A DNA stretch of 64,000 nucleotides, taken from NCBI GenBank assembly GCA_964035545.1, contig OZ037769.1, positions 496,001-560,000 of the forward strand. Reading direction: 5' to 3'. This DNA is from Bugula neritina. Lineage: Eukaryota; Animalia; Bryozoa. Each line of letters begins with the position of its first letter. The stretch's first letter is position 1. The translations under genes were made by a program, and so were the position numbers. This document shows positions 21,009 to 33,691 of this stretch, in pieces. Below the pieces are notes generated by a model. The model was not told the DNA's origin. It searched no databases and saw only the letters and a list, made by a program, of their open reading frames with translations.

Positions 21009-24000
21009 CAGGTGAGATATGACACTGGACCATGGAGGGACACAAATACTATGTATATAATAATGTGTATATAATATAACAGGTGAGATATGACCCTGGA
21101 CCATGGAAGGACACAGATACCAGTCTATCTGATAAAGAATGTGGATTCTCAGCATACAAGGAAGTAGAAGTAGAAGTGAGAGTAGTTGGATCTGATAAAA
21201 CTGAGAGTACATCTCTTACAACTAACTGTGCAGGTAAATGTTAGAAATGAATAAATGATAAACAAATTAAACAATTAAAAACCGCTTTTAAAGACTTTGT
21301 TGCTACCATAAAAGCCATGTGCACTTGGTTAGCTACCAGTTCATAAAAGCAAATTGTGAGTAACTAAAATATTATTCTCATGACATTTTAAACTTGTAAA
21401 AATATAAATATTATTATTTTTCAAAATTACCTTGTGAATATAACTATTATATTTGACATTTCGGCATTATAGAAACACTCAATAAATTATTACCAAGTTC
21501 TTAGTTTTCAAGACTTGAATGTATATTACCTGCAGTATTACCTGTTTTTAACAAAATAGGAATTTTCTTAGACTATAATATAGTTATTTATGAATAAACA
21601 GCAATATTGCCTAAATTTAATCAAAATAAATTTTTTCTTGTAAAATACCTATAAATTTGATATGAATGAAAAAAGTTTTGCAGTACATAATTTTGATGCT
21701 CTTTTTGATGAAAAAAGTGCATACTTTCTTTCCAAGAAAGGCTTACATCATTTTTTAAAATTAGCTTGCTATTAAAGCATATTCAGATTTTATTGTATTC
21801 ATGCAGATCCATCAAAGCCCAGAGAAGACAACTTACAAAAGGTAGAAGATAGCAAATCTGGAAAGAAAATGTGGAAATACACTATTTCTTGGAAGGTTTG
21901 TGCTTGTTTTGTATGCACATAAATAAAACATATTTGGGTTATATTCAGCCTGAGAGTGCCCTGATTAGTTAGAATTTAAATGCAGCCTAACTTTCTATAG
22001 AAACGATGCTTTAATTTACAATAAATACTTTTCGGATGTCAGCCATGAAACATTGTTTAAAAAATCAGCTTGCAGCTTAGTATAGTGTGTGTTGTTACTA
22101 CTATATTATATTTCAAATTATTTGCTATATACTGTATATCCACCAGGCACCTTCCAGCATAAACTGTGAGAGTATAACTGAATACAAGATAAAATATCCA
22201 GATGTGACATCAGAAGAAATAGTGACTACAGACACAAGTTATGAAGTGTATGTTGATGGTGGAGTTAATTTTACTCTCTCTGTCAGAGCTGTTAATAATA
22301 TGGGTCTTCATTCTGATTATCTTGACATTACAGAGACTTCTCCAAAATTTGGTAAACATTGTTAAAAATTACTCATTTAAACTGCATACAAAAATTATGC
22401 ATGCATGCATAGCAAATCTTCATTCCATAAATAATTTTTATACTTGCATTTATGGACAAAAATCTATTTCGATCAATTTTCAAAATTTTTTGTATTTTCA
22501 GCGCCACAGTGGGGAGCAGCTACTGTAACCATGAAAACACTCAACAGCTCTTGTGTAGAACTAACATGGAGTATACCAGAGTATCCTGAGGGTGAAATTA
22601 CAAGCTATCAGGTCTGTTTAATCATAAAGCAGTGACTGAAACTTGATTTGAAACTAAAACATCATTACACTCCAACTAGTTCAGCTCTCTCTCTTTTTAC
22701 TAATGTCATATTTCTGTAATTGTAGCTACAGTCATCAATTGAACTCTTAAAGTATTCAGAACAAACCTACACTGCATTCAGTGTTTAATTTATGTAACAT
22801 ATACAACTTTCAGCTTAAGTGTACAAAAATGGACGCCATGGACAAGCTACCCTCAACCTCTACAAATCAGATTGTATGTGGATATTCAGCTTATACTTTA
22901 GTTGAGTGTAGCATCAGTGCTGAGAACAAAGCTGGGTTTGGAGAGTCTACAGAGTTTGATTTTGTCTTCACAAGCTGTGAAGGTTAGTTGTTGCTCAGTT
23001 TCTTAATAACAATATTATACTTACCATAAATTCAAGTTTTCCAATTCAGTATATAACATATAAAATATTTTACAATATTTTATGGTGCAGCTATTTAAAA
23101 TTGCAAACATGGTGAGCGATCCAGAGCTGTTAAATATTTTAGCTCCTGTTTTACACCTGCCTGCAAATCTCTCTTCACTGGTAAAACAAGAAACTTCTAT
23201 GAATTCAATTAGAATATTTCTCAATATATCAGATGGGGTGAGTGAAGTTTTGAGACCTGTTTTTTCTAAGTTATATACAAGTCACATTGCTATATTGTAT
23301 TTGCAGCTTTTATATTAGCCAATAAAAATTCTATGTTGCTTTAATTGCTGTAAATTTTAAAAACTTGATTGTAACTCTCAAGGTATTTTAAAACATTTTG
23401 ACGTTGTCAGTACTTTGGGTAAGAAATCGAGCCATCTATTAGACTACAAGTTTTTACTTCCAAAACAAAATATTTTGCTAAACATTCTTGTTTAACATGA
23501 ATAGATATATGTTTTCTGGTTATATTTTTAAGCATGCCCATTATCATACAATGATCAATATGATTTTATTGCTTGTCTAGAATGTAACAGTAAACTGTGA
23601 TGAGCTGACTGAGTTAGTATACAGAGTAAATACAGTGACTGAGTATACGGATGTTGGTGAATATATAGAAGGGTTACCACCTGGTACACAGTATACAGTG
23701 GAAATCAGAGCTGAGAATAATGCTGGCTTGGATACAACTCAGAACTTTGACATTTTCACTACAGGAACAAGTTCAGGTATGATCAGCTAAAATATTTTAC
23801 TAAACTTGAAAAAATATTAAAAGTATAACAATTAAATAAGAACGGTTTTCTTATTATAAAATTTACATTTATTTAACTAATGAAGCCATTGAAGAGTCCA
23901 CAACCTCTAAGAACAGTGGACTAGTTGCATCAACAAAATCTCCAAAACCCGGTTCTTGCAATGGTGGATGTATCGGTGGAGTTGTGGTAGGAGTGGTTGT

Positions 24001-27000
24001 AGTTCTGGTGGTGGTCTCTATTCTGGTGTACAGAAGAAGGTCTGTTAGTTGTTTATACATAAGTTCAGACTCTTGACATTATAGTTATGAAAGTGTGTCG
24101 GTTTGTACCAGTAACATTGCAAGCATTTTTTTTAAGGAGTCAAAAGTTGCAAGTTTCTCTTATTTATTTAACTTGCAAACAAGTTTTTTTGCATGTCTAT
24201 AAATCTATTTGCAAATTAAAATAATTTTGAAAGCACTTATGCATAGCTGTGTATGTTGGAAGATTTTCATTCAATTGAATAATAATTCAAACTTATCATG
24301 TAGTTTTTATGACCAGTTTTATATTTTCAAGTTTACGCTGCAAAGCAAAATCTATATTATGTGAAAAGCAAACGTGTAATTTATTTATTTTCTAACCTGA
24401 CAATATTATTTATTTTACCTTTTAGTCCATATTTCAAAACTTGCACAGTTATATAATTTGGCGACTTCACTTGTTCTTCAACAAATATTATCAAGATAAG
24501 ATGTTCATGCTTGATTTAACCAGTTTGACTTATTTTTAGCCAAGTTGTCATTTTTTTGGAATGTCTTGAAATATATTTTTTAGAACCCAAATTAGAGAGA
24601 GTCAGAGCAAGCTTAAGGACATTGCTTTAGGTATGTGTAATAATTCTATCTCTTCAATACAGCATACTTTGTTCCTATACAAATCAAACTCTCTTTCATG
24701 CAATGCTAACAGATTTATTTGAATTGAAACCAAATTTCTTGCAGATGAGTCTGGTTATCAAAACATACAGCACATAAACAATGAAGTAGGTGATACCGGA
24801 ATTGTCCTTCCTCGTGGAACTCCTCGACTGGAAAGAGTAACAAATATAAGGAGTATAGCTGCTGTCGAGCTGCCAGAGATGAGAGACTCTATGCTGCCTC
24901 CACAGCGCTCTATGCCAGTCAGCAGGCTAGCTGACTATATTGAGAACAACGAGGCCGGCATCATTGATCAGTTCCAGGTGAGCCATACAGTTCCCTGATA
25001 TTATGATTATGTATAAGGCAATAGTTACTGTAGTGTTTAGGTTACCTATCCAGTAGTTTCGGTGGTGTAATGGTTAGCACGTCTGGTTGCAAGACTAGAG
25101 TTGTCGGGTTCAAACTTCAGTGGCAGCAATTATTTTAAGGTTACTATAAGAGTATTTGTAGCAAAATACTTTAATTTTTGTAAGTATTTTGCTACAAATA
25201 CTCTCATAGTAACCTTAGTTAATTTTTGTAAGTTGTACTTAAGTTTGTTATTGCGTATTCTTTCAACTTAATTTATTATTATAGCATGTAAAGTAATTAA
25301 TACTATGTACACAATTCAGTCTAATAAAAAGTAATGTAAGGCTATCTGCAAAAACATTATTCACAGGAAATAAAACAGTCTACTTTCTAAAGTTGACCTA
25401 TAAGATTTGTGATAGACTTTGATAAGAAAACTTAATAGTTTGCATAATTATAAGACTGAGACATATTCAAACAATTGCTGGTTAAGGTCTATAAAGTACT
25501 ATCATAATATAATGCATATGCATAATTATAGGAGTGTATCTTACTATGTTCCATGTTCAGAAATTTCTCCTTCTTTGTTTTAGTAACACATTAGAACTTA
25601 CTGCACCTTGATCTCAATATTACTCTCTGACATGAATTAAATATTATTCAATATATTTTGTTTCGGTTTCTCTTTTATAAAAAATATGCAAAAACTTTAT
25701 AGAAAAATTAGTCTTTCAGTATTTTTCTACATGAATACTGCAAACTAAATAATGTTAAATATTTACAGATGCTGGAAAAACTTCCAAAACCGAACATGAG
25801 TGTTGCACAGTTGCCAGAAAATGGTGGAAAGTGCAAATACATTGGATTATATCCAGGTAAATTATTTTAAAATGTAAAGGATATTTTTTTATAATTTGAT
25901 ATACGTGCATATATATAAAATCATTTTGGTGTTTTTATATCTTCAGCACAAAGCTAGTAAGCTGAATGCCAAGAATCAATTATTTTTTAATTCAGTTTTA
26001 ACAAAGATTTAAGGCATTATTCTATCTTTATCTTTAGAATGTCTTTAATGATTAAAAATACTATTGTTCACTTAATAAACTAACAAGAAAGAAATATTGA
26101 AACAGTGGCACATAATCCTTAACATTTTGTTACATAATACAAAATATTATGTTATCATGTTGTCTTTGAAACGCCATAGTTATATGCGATACTCTGAACA
26201 GAGCTAGCAGGTTCTCTTTCATATGCTCAGGTCACCTTTCTATGTCTCTGTTTCAGAGGACAGTACCAGAGTAATACTCAACAGACCAAGAGAAGAAGGA
26301 ACTGACTTCATAAATGCCAGCTACATTGAGGTAGAGTATTCTCCTTCATGTAAATGTCTTTCAGATGAGTTTGTATTTCACCAGCAAAGTCTATCTGAAC
26401 TTTGTCTGTAATGTTTATCAATTAACTTTCCACTGAATTCACTTAAAATAAAAAGTGCTACATGTAAAAACCACTTTGACAAATATGTTTTAATGCCTAC
26501 TTTGCATAGTTCTATATCTATATACATCTTTACTACTATACTTGTTTGTTTAGTGCTATAACTATATACATCTTTACCAGTATACTTGTTTGTTTGTAGG
26601 GTTACACCAGTGATGATATGTTTATAGCTGCTCAAGGTAAGGGTGTGTTAATATAACAACTCACCATTTCTAACATAGCAAGCTCATGAATTCACTGCTA
26701 TAATAGCTAACCTGTTAATTCCTTTGTTATACACCAACTAATGTGTTTTGTTGTAAGATGCTACTAAGTTATAGTTTTAATTTTATTATTAGGCCAAATA
26801 CCTGTTTACTTTTTTAAAATTTAATTAAGAGCAGCTTTATCGTTTTTGTATTTTAACTGCCGATCCGATTTGGCTTGGATAATCAGGTTAATTGTTTTGA
26901 TTGAGCAACTATAAATAAAACATTGTGGCTTTTACAAAGTGTATCTTGGCATATATCTGTTTCACCAGGTCCCCAGCCCGCAACCGTTGATGATTTCTGG

Positions 27001-30000
27001 CTAATGATATGGCAGGAAAGACCTAAGGCTATTATTATGGTGACCAATCTATTTGAAAATGGGAAGGTACAACAACTCCAAATGCGTTTCATCTTTTTCA
27101 AACTAATACGCTTTGATCAGCATAAGTTCACCCAATACGCAAGACGAGTTATACACAGGCATTTACATTATACCATTGTGCTATTAATTGATGCTATTTT
27201 TTTTGCTTTTATTCTTGTAGGCAAAAGCTGTACAATATTGGCCTGACCAATCAGGAAGCAGTTGCGTGTTTGGTGACCTCAAAGTGACCTTGACTACCTG
27301 CGAATGTCTAGCTGATTACGTCATCAGAACTCTGAACATTGAAAAGGTACATCATCCCCTGAAGAGTTTATTTACTGCTATTCCATCCTAAATATTTAGA
27401 TATAACTAGTAAACAGTTTATGATGAAATTATCCTAATTGATTGAATGTAAAGACAGCAAACACTAGTTAGTTAGTTTCACTTTCTGTCATACATGTGTG
27501 CAGTGTACTCTAAAACAAAGATATCTGTAATTATGAATAAAACGTCAATAAAATTTGTTTTATTAAAGAAAAACCAATTATTAAATGTTTGATTTGTATG
27601 AATTTTTTTCAGGATGGGAAGTCCATGAGCATTAAGCAGTTCCATTACTTGTCGTGGCCAGATCACGGTGTCCCACAATACATCAGCCCCTTCCTGATAT
27701 TTGTACGCAGAGTGATGTCAGTGACTAGCCGTATGACTGGCTGCTTAGTTGTACACTGCAGGTAAAGTGTTGTGTATAACAATGCAGGTAAATAGTGTTG
27801 TGTATAACAATGCAGGTGAATAGTGTTGTGTATAACAATGCAGGTAAAGTGTTGTGTATAACAATGCAGGTAAATAGTGTTGTGTATAACAATGCAGGTA
27901 AATAGTGTTGTGTATAACAATGCAGGTAAATAATGTTGTATGTGAAACGCTGCGGGTAAAATGTTGTGTATAGTGTCTACTATGTTTATACTATACATAT
28001 AACTTGCTATATTACTTATTACTCATCACCAAATAACAATAGTAATTATAATGGTTGATTATAACAAGAATATATACCGAATATTCTAGGTACAAAATAA
28101 AATTAAAATAGGACAAAAAAGATATTTAATGACACACTGAAGGATTGGGCTGCATATTGATCATCTATATAGATGCTGGATGGTTCCTAAGAAGTTTGAG
28201 AAAAGCTTATAGAAGCATTCAAGTTTTTAAAAGAGAAAGCTATTAAACATTTTGTTACAGTGCAATGAAATGTAACCAATCACTTTTTATTCTATAGCCA
28301 TGCATATGATTAGGAAAAAAATGTGAAATCGAAACTATTTTAATTGCGATTATATATATATATATATATCAAAGTACTTGTCAACAAAACTTTGGGTGTC
28401 TATATTTTAGTGCTGGAGTGGGTAGAAGTGGAACATTCATAGCCTTAGACACTTTAGCTAAACAGGCTCAAGATAGAGGAGAAGTTAATCCTTTTGAGGT
28501 GGTGAGGGCTATGAGAAGAAGACGACCTTGCATGGTGCAGACCAAGGTCAGATAAGTTGTCTTTCCTTGTAAACATGTCGCATATAATATGTTGTACATA
28601 TTGAAGGTATTTACAAATGATATAATGCTAAGCTGAAGTTAGGTCTAGTAGAACTGTGATTCAAGACCGTATAATATGGTAAAATGATTTGCATGCTTAT
28701 TTGAACAGTTGCTTCAAAATATTCCAAAACAGTTAATATGCTTGACCTAGGGAGTTGCAGTTTGAAAAGAATTCGTAAAGCAATCAAAGTATGCTCACAT
28801 TATTTTCTAATAAAAAAGTCGTACTATAAACACTTTGATAAACTATTTTAGGAGCAGTACGTGTTCACCCACCAGGCACTGGAGGAGTATTTGGCTACAG
28901 ATGAGTTCAGCTGTGAGGCTACGGAATTGGAAACAAAGCTGGCAGATAATGGTGATGATATCTACGTCAATAGGAACATCATATCAGAGGAGTTTGATGT
29001 AAGTTATTGTGGGAAGATGTCTTCTTACTAAATTGAAGGAATAAGCCACAACATCTACATTGATATACACTGTTAAAGGAAACACATTTTAGTGTATAGG
29101 AATTATTAGGTAAAAGCAAGGTGGTCACAAGTAAATAGTATTTGCATTCCAGTTGTTTCCACAATAAACTTGTATCATTTAGTAATAATATCACATTATT
29201 TCTACTTTTAAACTTCAGAGAATTGAAACTCAGTTAAGACGGGAGATTCACAACTACTCAATAGGAATGGAGGAAAGTAACAGACATAAGAACAGGTTTC
29301 CTGATATCTTACCATGTGAGTCAGTCTATTGTTGAATGGGAAATTTCTTTATTTACTGAAAGTTGCCATGTAGTATGTTGGCCTTGCTGACCAGTGCAGC
29401 TGTGACTTAGGTTTAGTTTTCACTAGGTGAACTTTTTTTTCAAAGCGAAATGACTATACTTCATAGAGCCTCCTGTAACCTTAACCTTAATTAATTTTTA
29501 CTAAACTAAGCTCTTTAAGTGTGTTTATTAATTTTAGTTTAAGACCAAGGTTGAAATGCTCATAAAACATAATTTATTCTGCTACGATTACAACACAGAG
29601 ACAGGCTTTCTCAGTTTTGTAATTACTGCTTCTCTCTTGCAAATTTATAATAACCATCCCTTTGAGAAATCCCTGATGCATGAAAGGGGTTTTTATTAAA
29701 TCAGGCTAAAGACTTATTCAGGTAGGAAATAGGAGAAATTATGACTGGATGCTCTTCTTAACATCACCAATGAATGGCTTTTGTTGGGGCTTGAACCCAT
29801 GACCTCGTGCTTACTAGGCAGACACTCTTACCCCTAGACTACGGCTGCTCCTTGCCATTACTGCTTCTACCTTGTACTTAATTGACAGTATTGCAAAAAG
29901 TGTGTCAGCATTGTATTATCAAATTTATAAGATTATATAAATATTTTTAATCTTTCAAGATGGTTGTAAAATGAACAAACCGAACTGTTTGTGTTGCAGC

Positions 30001-32570
30001 TTCCAGACATGGTATCTATGCTGGTGGTGTATACATCAATGCTGTGGTGGTGGATGTAAGTGTAAAGAATATTCTCTTCTATGCAGGCGCATGCTGCATG
30101 TTGTTATTTAATTTATTTGCATATAGCGCTCATTTACAGGAGCTGTTGGCATTAAAATTATTCTAAAATGCTGTTTATATATTTTTTAGTAATGTTTTCT
30201 TCAGCAAAACCTTGTTTTACATGTTAATAAGTAATAATAAAACTTCTATTCTCATAATTATTTTTTGTTTTTTTATAGGTTTTATTGATAGTACCATATT
30301 ATCATTCTTCTCTAATTCTGATTTGAGAGTATTAACAGCTGTTGTCTGACTTGAAGTAGTAAATCGCCCAACAGATACTAAAGTTAGAGATATTTCATAC
30401 TTTAGAGTTACCGTAAGAAGCAGAGTGTAATAGCTACCCAACTTCCTCTCTCAAACACCGTCAAGGACTTCTGGACTATGGTGTTGGAGCAAGAGATCAA
30501 AGTGGTGGTGCAGCTGGAAATGGGGGTTTGTAAAGCAATATCCTCGCATTCCAAGACATCAATGATCAAAAGATGTTGTCGTTACTGTGTACTACGATAC
30601 TATTATATAGGTGTCTCTATTTCTAGTAACATTCAAATTAGTACCTATGCAATTATGAAATCATCAGTTCCTAAATTATAGCATAATATAATGTTTTATA
30701 ATACCGAGGTACAATTTTATCTCTGTGTCGGTATTTTGAAAATGAGATTTTATAGATCTGAAAATTCATAAAAAAATTAAAACAGTTTCATAAAAAATTT
30801 AATATTTAAGAAGATTTTTTAACTGCATGGCAAGAGAATTAAGCTGAGAATTTTATTGCAACAGGAGGACGTGTTCTACCCGAGCAAAGACACGGGATTC
30901 GTGGACTCGGATGGGTGTATTGTGAGTCGCACAGGAAGTGAGGATGTCAAGGATATGAAAATCATCAAATTAACCGTTAAGAGCATAAAGGTAATTTGGT
31001 TATTGATAACTGTGTTTCTGTAAGACAAAAAGCAAAATATGAAACACATTTTAAATTTAAACTTCATTCAAACCACAATGATGAAAGCATTGTAGTTACT
31101 GGCTTATTAAAATGTGGCAGTCTCACATCAAAACACAACTATACATGTATAGTTGATGCAGCAAGCTAGTAAGTTATTCACTGTATTGCATGGCAGATGA
31201 GCAACGTTACTCTGATCTGTATCAACAACTGGTTAGATGATGGAAATTCTCCCTTCCCTAAACCTGCGTCTCTCCTCTCTTACCTGGGAACTCTGGAGAA
31301 ATATCAACAGTGGACTGGAGATGAGAAGATATGCATAACTGACTTGTAAGTCTCCGTCACTTGCTGCCTGTTTCCTTTACACGCTTGCGGCTGATTTCAT
31401 AAGTTTATGTGATAATCAGTTTAGAATTACTGTAGAATCGTGAACTTGACAGAAACAAAGAACTACATACTGCTGATTATGCACATTTTAAGAAGCTATC
31501 TTAAGTATCTATAAACCTGATGTTTGAGTTACTTTACTAGTAAAGTCTGCCAAACCAACATACCTTATCATAACAGAGTCTAGAATCATTTTAAAGCACC
31601 TGTTTGTTAACATTCGGCAACAAAAACAGTGACTGAAGCAAAATATTGATTTCACTTTACTTGTTTAGGATAATAAATTACTTGGTTCATCACTCAACTA
31701 CTTACATATATCTCCAGGAATATTTTATAGACCTATTTTTCACTTGATGATTACGACATCAAATATAAACTGTTTGCTTCAGGGATGGCAGCAGCAGATG
31801 TGGTCTCTTCATCTGTGCGTATGACGCTGTGGAGAAGCTGAAAACTGAACAGGAAGTAAATGTTTACAGTACCGTTCTACGAGCCAGACAAACCCGACCC
31901 CAGTTTACCTCTAATCTGGTGAGTCATTTTGGCTTTTACCTCTTAACTATTTAATTCATTTCACTGAAAGCAAAAGTTGTTATCTTTATTGTTTGGAATT
32001 ATGTTTAAAAATTACACTTTATCAAGAAAATAAACAAATAAACAATAATGAATAAATAGTAACAAGTTAGATATAGCATGTTTGATTTTTTACATATGTA
32101 AATATAAATAAACAAAATTTTGTACTTGTATAACTTTAAACCAAAGTACTTCTGGACAAATAAGCACTACACAATATTGGTCTTGGTATTGACGCAGTTT
32201 TTATAGTCCAGTAGGAAGTGTTTTGGCTTTAATTCTACCAGAGTTGTTAAATCTAGGTGCACACCTTTTAAGTTAAACCTTTAAAGCAACTAAATATAAT
32301 TATTACTACAAGAATACCCTACATACTATTTGTAACATATTAGAAGAAGTGATATTATGCAAACCATCATCCTTGATTCATAACATAGTGTGTCTTCAGT
32401 ATTTATTATATTTCATATATTTTATAAGCCATCTCTTTGTATTATATATTTATATTACTGATTATCTACATCTATTGATGTTGTAGGAAAGTTACAAGTA
32501 TCTCTACAACCTTCTGCAAGCTTACATTGATGGCTTCTCTGAATATGGCAACTTCAAAGTTATAAACTGA
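14399..32570 (+). CDS. Gene C: receptor-type protein tyrosine phosphatase (signal peptide, 2 F-type lectin-like, 4 FN3, TM, D1 with intact catalytic motifs, D2 pseudo), about 1380 aa
   Basis: 31 exons totalling 4143 nt in frame: 14399-14462, 15954-16145, 17460-17711, 18258-18467, 19600-19842, 20079-20188, 21083-21233, 21807-21895, 22147-22351, 22502-22611, 22814-22982, 23143-23237, 23581-23776, ~23886-24039 (TM), 24584-24630, 24745-24977, 25769-25856, 26257-26330, 26600-26636, 26969-27066, 27221-27346, 27613-27761, 28411-28546, 28852-28998, 29219-29315, 30000-30055, 30406-30525, 30865-30990, 31197-31345, 31783-31918, 32487-32570. PTP motifs: DFINAS, IAAQGP, DFWLMIWQE, WPDHGVP, VVHCSAGVGRSG, MVQTKEQY. 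D2 has KNRFPDILP, YINAV and IATQLPL. Confidence 0.93.
19060..19128 (-). mobile_element. Degenerate copy of the tRNA-Thr-like SINE head (family 2)
   Basis: Reverse complement ggagcagttaaggtctaggagttagagc...tagtaagcac..ggttcgggcccagacaaaa aligns loosely with the 29775-29851 copy. Confidence 0.45.
20955..21007. repeat. (TA)n microsatellite just before the duplicated exon-7 acceptor of gene C
   Basis: Seen directly. Confidence 0.9.
25045..25130 (+). mobile_element. tRNA-derived SINE-like element (family 1), intron 16 of gene C
   Basis: ggtggtgtaatggttagcacgtctggttgcaagactag...cgggttcaaacttcagtggcagc: A and B boxes, broken T and acceptor stems, similar to the 1888-1972 copy. Confidence 0.65.
25136..25217. 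repeat. Inverted repeat with 36-bp arms (1 mismatch) and a 10-nt spacer
   Basis: taaggttactataagagtatttgtagcaaaatactt ... aagtattttgctacaaatactctcatagtaacctta. Confidence 0.85.
27757..27972 (+). repeat. Minisatellite (26-28 nt, about 8 units) that multiplies the splice donor of the catalytic-Cys exon
   Basis: Unit tgcag|gtaaa(ta)gtgttgtgtataacaa. The first unit overlaps the end of exon 22. Confidence 0.92.
29775..29851 (-). mobile_element. tRNA-Thr(AGT)-derived pseudogene or SINE head (family 2)
   Basis: Reverse complement gcagccgtagtctaggggtaagagtgtctgc-CTAGTAA-gcacgaggtcatgggttcaagccccaa: Thr(AGT)-type anticodon loop, mismatched stems. Confidence 0.6.
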
Positions 32571-33079
32571 TATGGAGAAATTTCAGACTTGCATCTGCGA
32601 GTATATTGATCGTTTGAACAAAATATGATTAGTCTTCCATACTCATTCATTATCAAAATATTTATGACTGAAAATTTACTTCCGACTTTATTATAAAATA
32701 TAATTTTTTTATGTTTACCTCACACTATCACTATATTTTATTACTTTATTACTCTGCCCTTTGGGTTTTTACGCACTTATGCAACACAGTAATTTGATTT
32801 TTCTTTTTATTTTAGTTTTTTATTAACTCAGCCTGCAATGGATAAACACTGCTTAATTGCTTTTGATTACATATATTTTTATTTAATGCACAATAAATTG
32901 ATTTTAAAATAAACATTCCTGATATTGTTTTTTCTTATTTATTTTCTGTTTCCCAGCCAAGTATATATGGAGTGCATGTTGTTGTATTAAAGCAAGTGAT
33001 AGAATATGAGATTCAAATGTATTGCAAAATACCTTAAAATGTAAAAGTGCTTGCTTTTTAATTCTCACAGCTTCAAAGC

Positions 33080-33180
33080 TATACATGTGACACTGTAGGT
33101 ATATATATAGTACCTATATGATACAGAGTATATACATGTGACACTGTAGGTATATATATATAGTACATATATGATACAGC
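33080..33180. repeat. Two-copy tandem duplication of about 50 nt
   Basis: tatacatgtgacactgtaggtatatatatagtac(c/a)tatatgatacag occurs twice. Confidence 0.8.
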
Positions 33181-33691
33181 AAGTTATGGTCAATTGTTAA
33201 ATGAATTTAGTGGTCGCTTATTGACTGCGTATAATTATATAACTAAAACAAAGCCCTAATTCCTGTGGCATACTTCTTTTATGCTATTTTTAGATTATAA
33301 AAAGCCGATATATAACACAAAAGAATTTATTATTCAAATATAAACAATAGCTTTGACTGCCCTGCATTCCATGTGCAATGCGTAAGTAAACGAATCTTAA
33401 ATAATCAATAAAAACACAATAGCCTGTGTGTTTAAAGGGACATTTAGGTTACGTGAGTTGAGGTAATGACAAAGCAGTAGCTAGTTATTTGTTGTTAGTT
33501 AGTTAATACTTGTTGGAGCTAGTAGTCATTATTTGTTGTACAGTAGCTAGCTGGTGACAGCTACCATTTGCTAGTTGACTATTGCTAGCCAGTTGCTAGT
33601 TGACTATTGCTAAATGCCAGTTGCTATAAGTTGCTTGTTGCATGCATGTTGAAGATCTGAGTCGAAGCAAAGTAGGCTAAATTGTAAAAAT

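Noticed and set aside
14399-32570. Assigning a vertebrate symbol such as PTPRA or PTPRE
   Set aside because: Only the C-terminal motif resembles PTPRA. The ectodomain differs and orthology needs a phylogeny.
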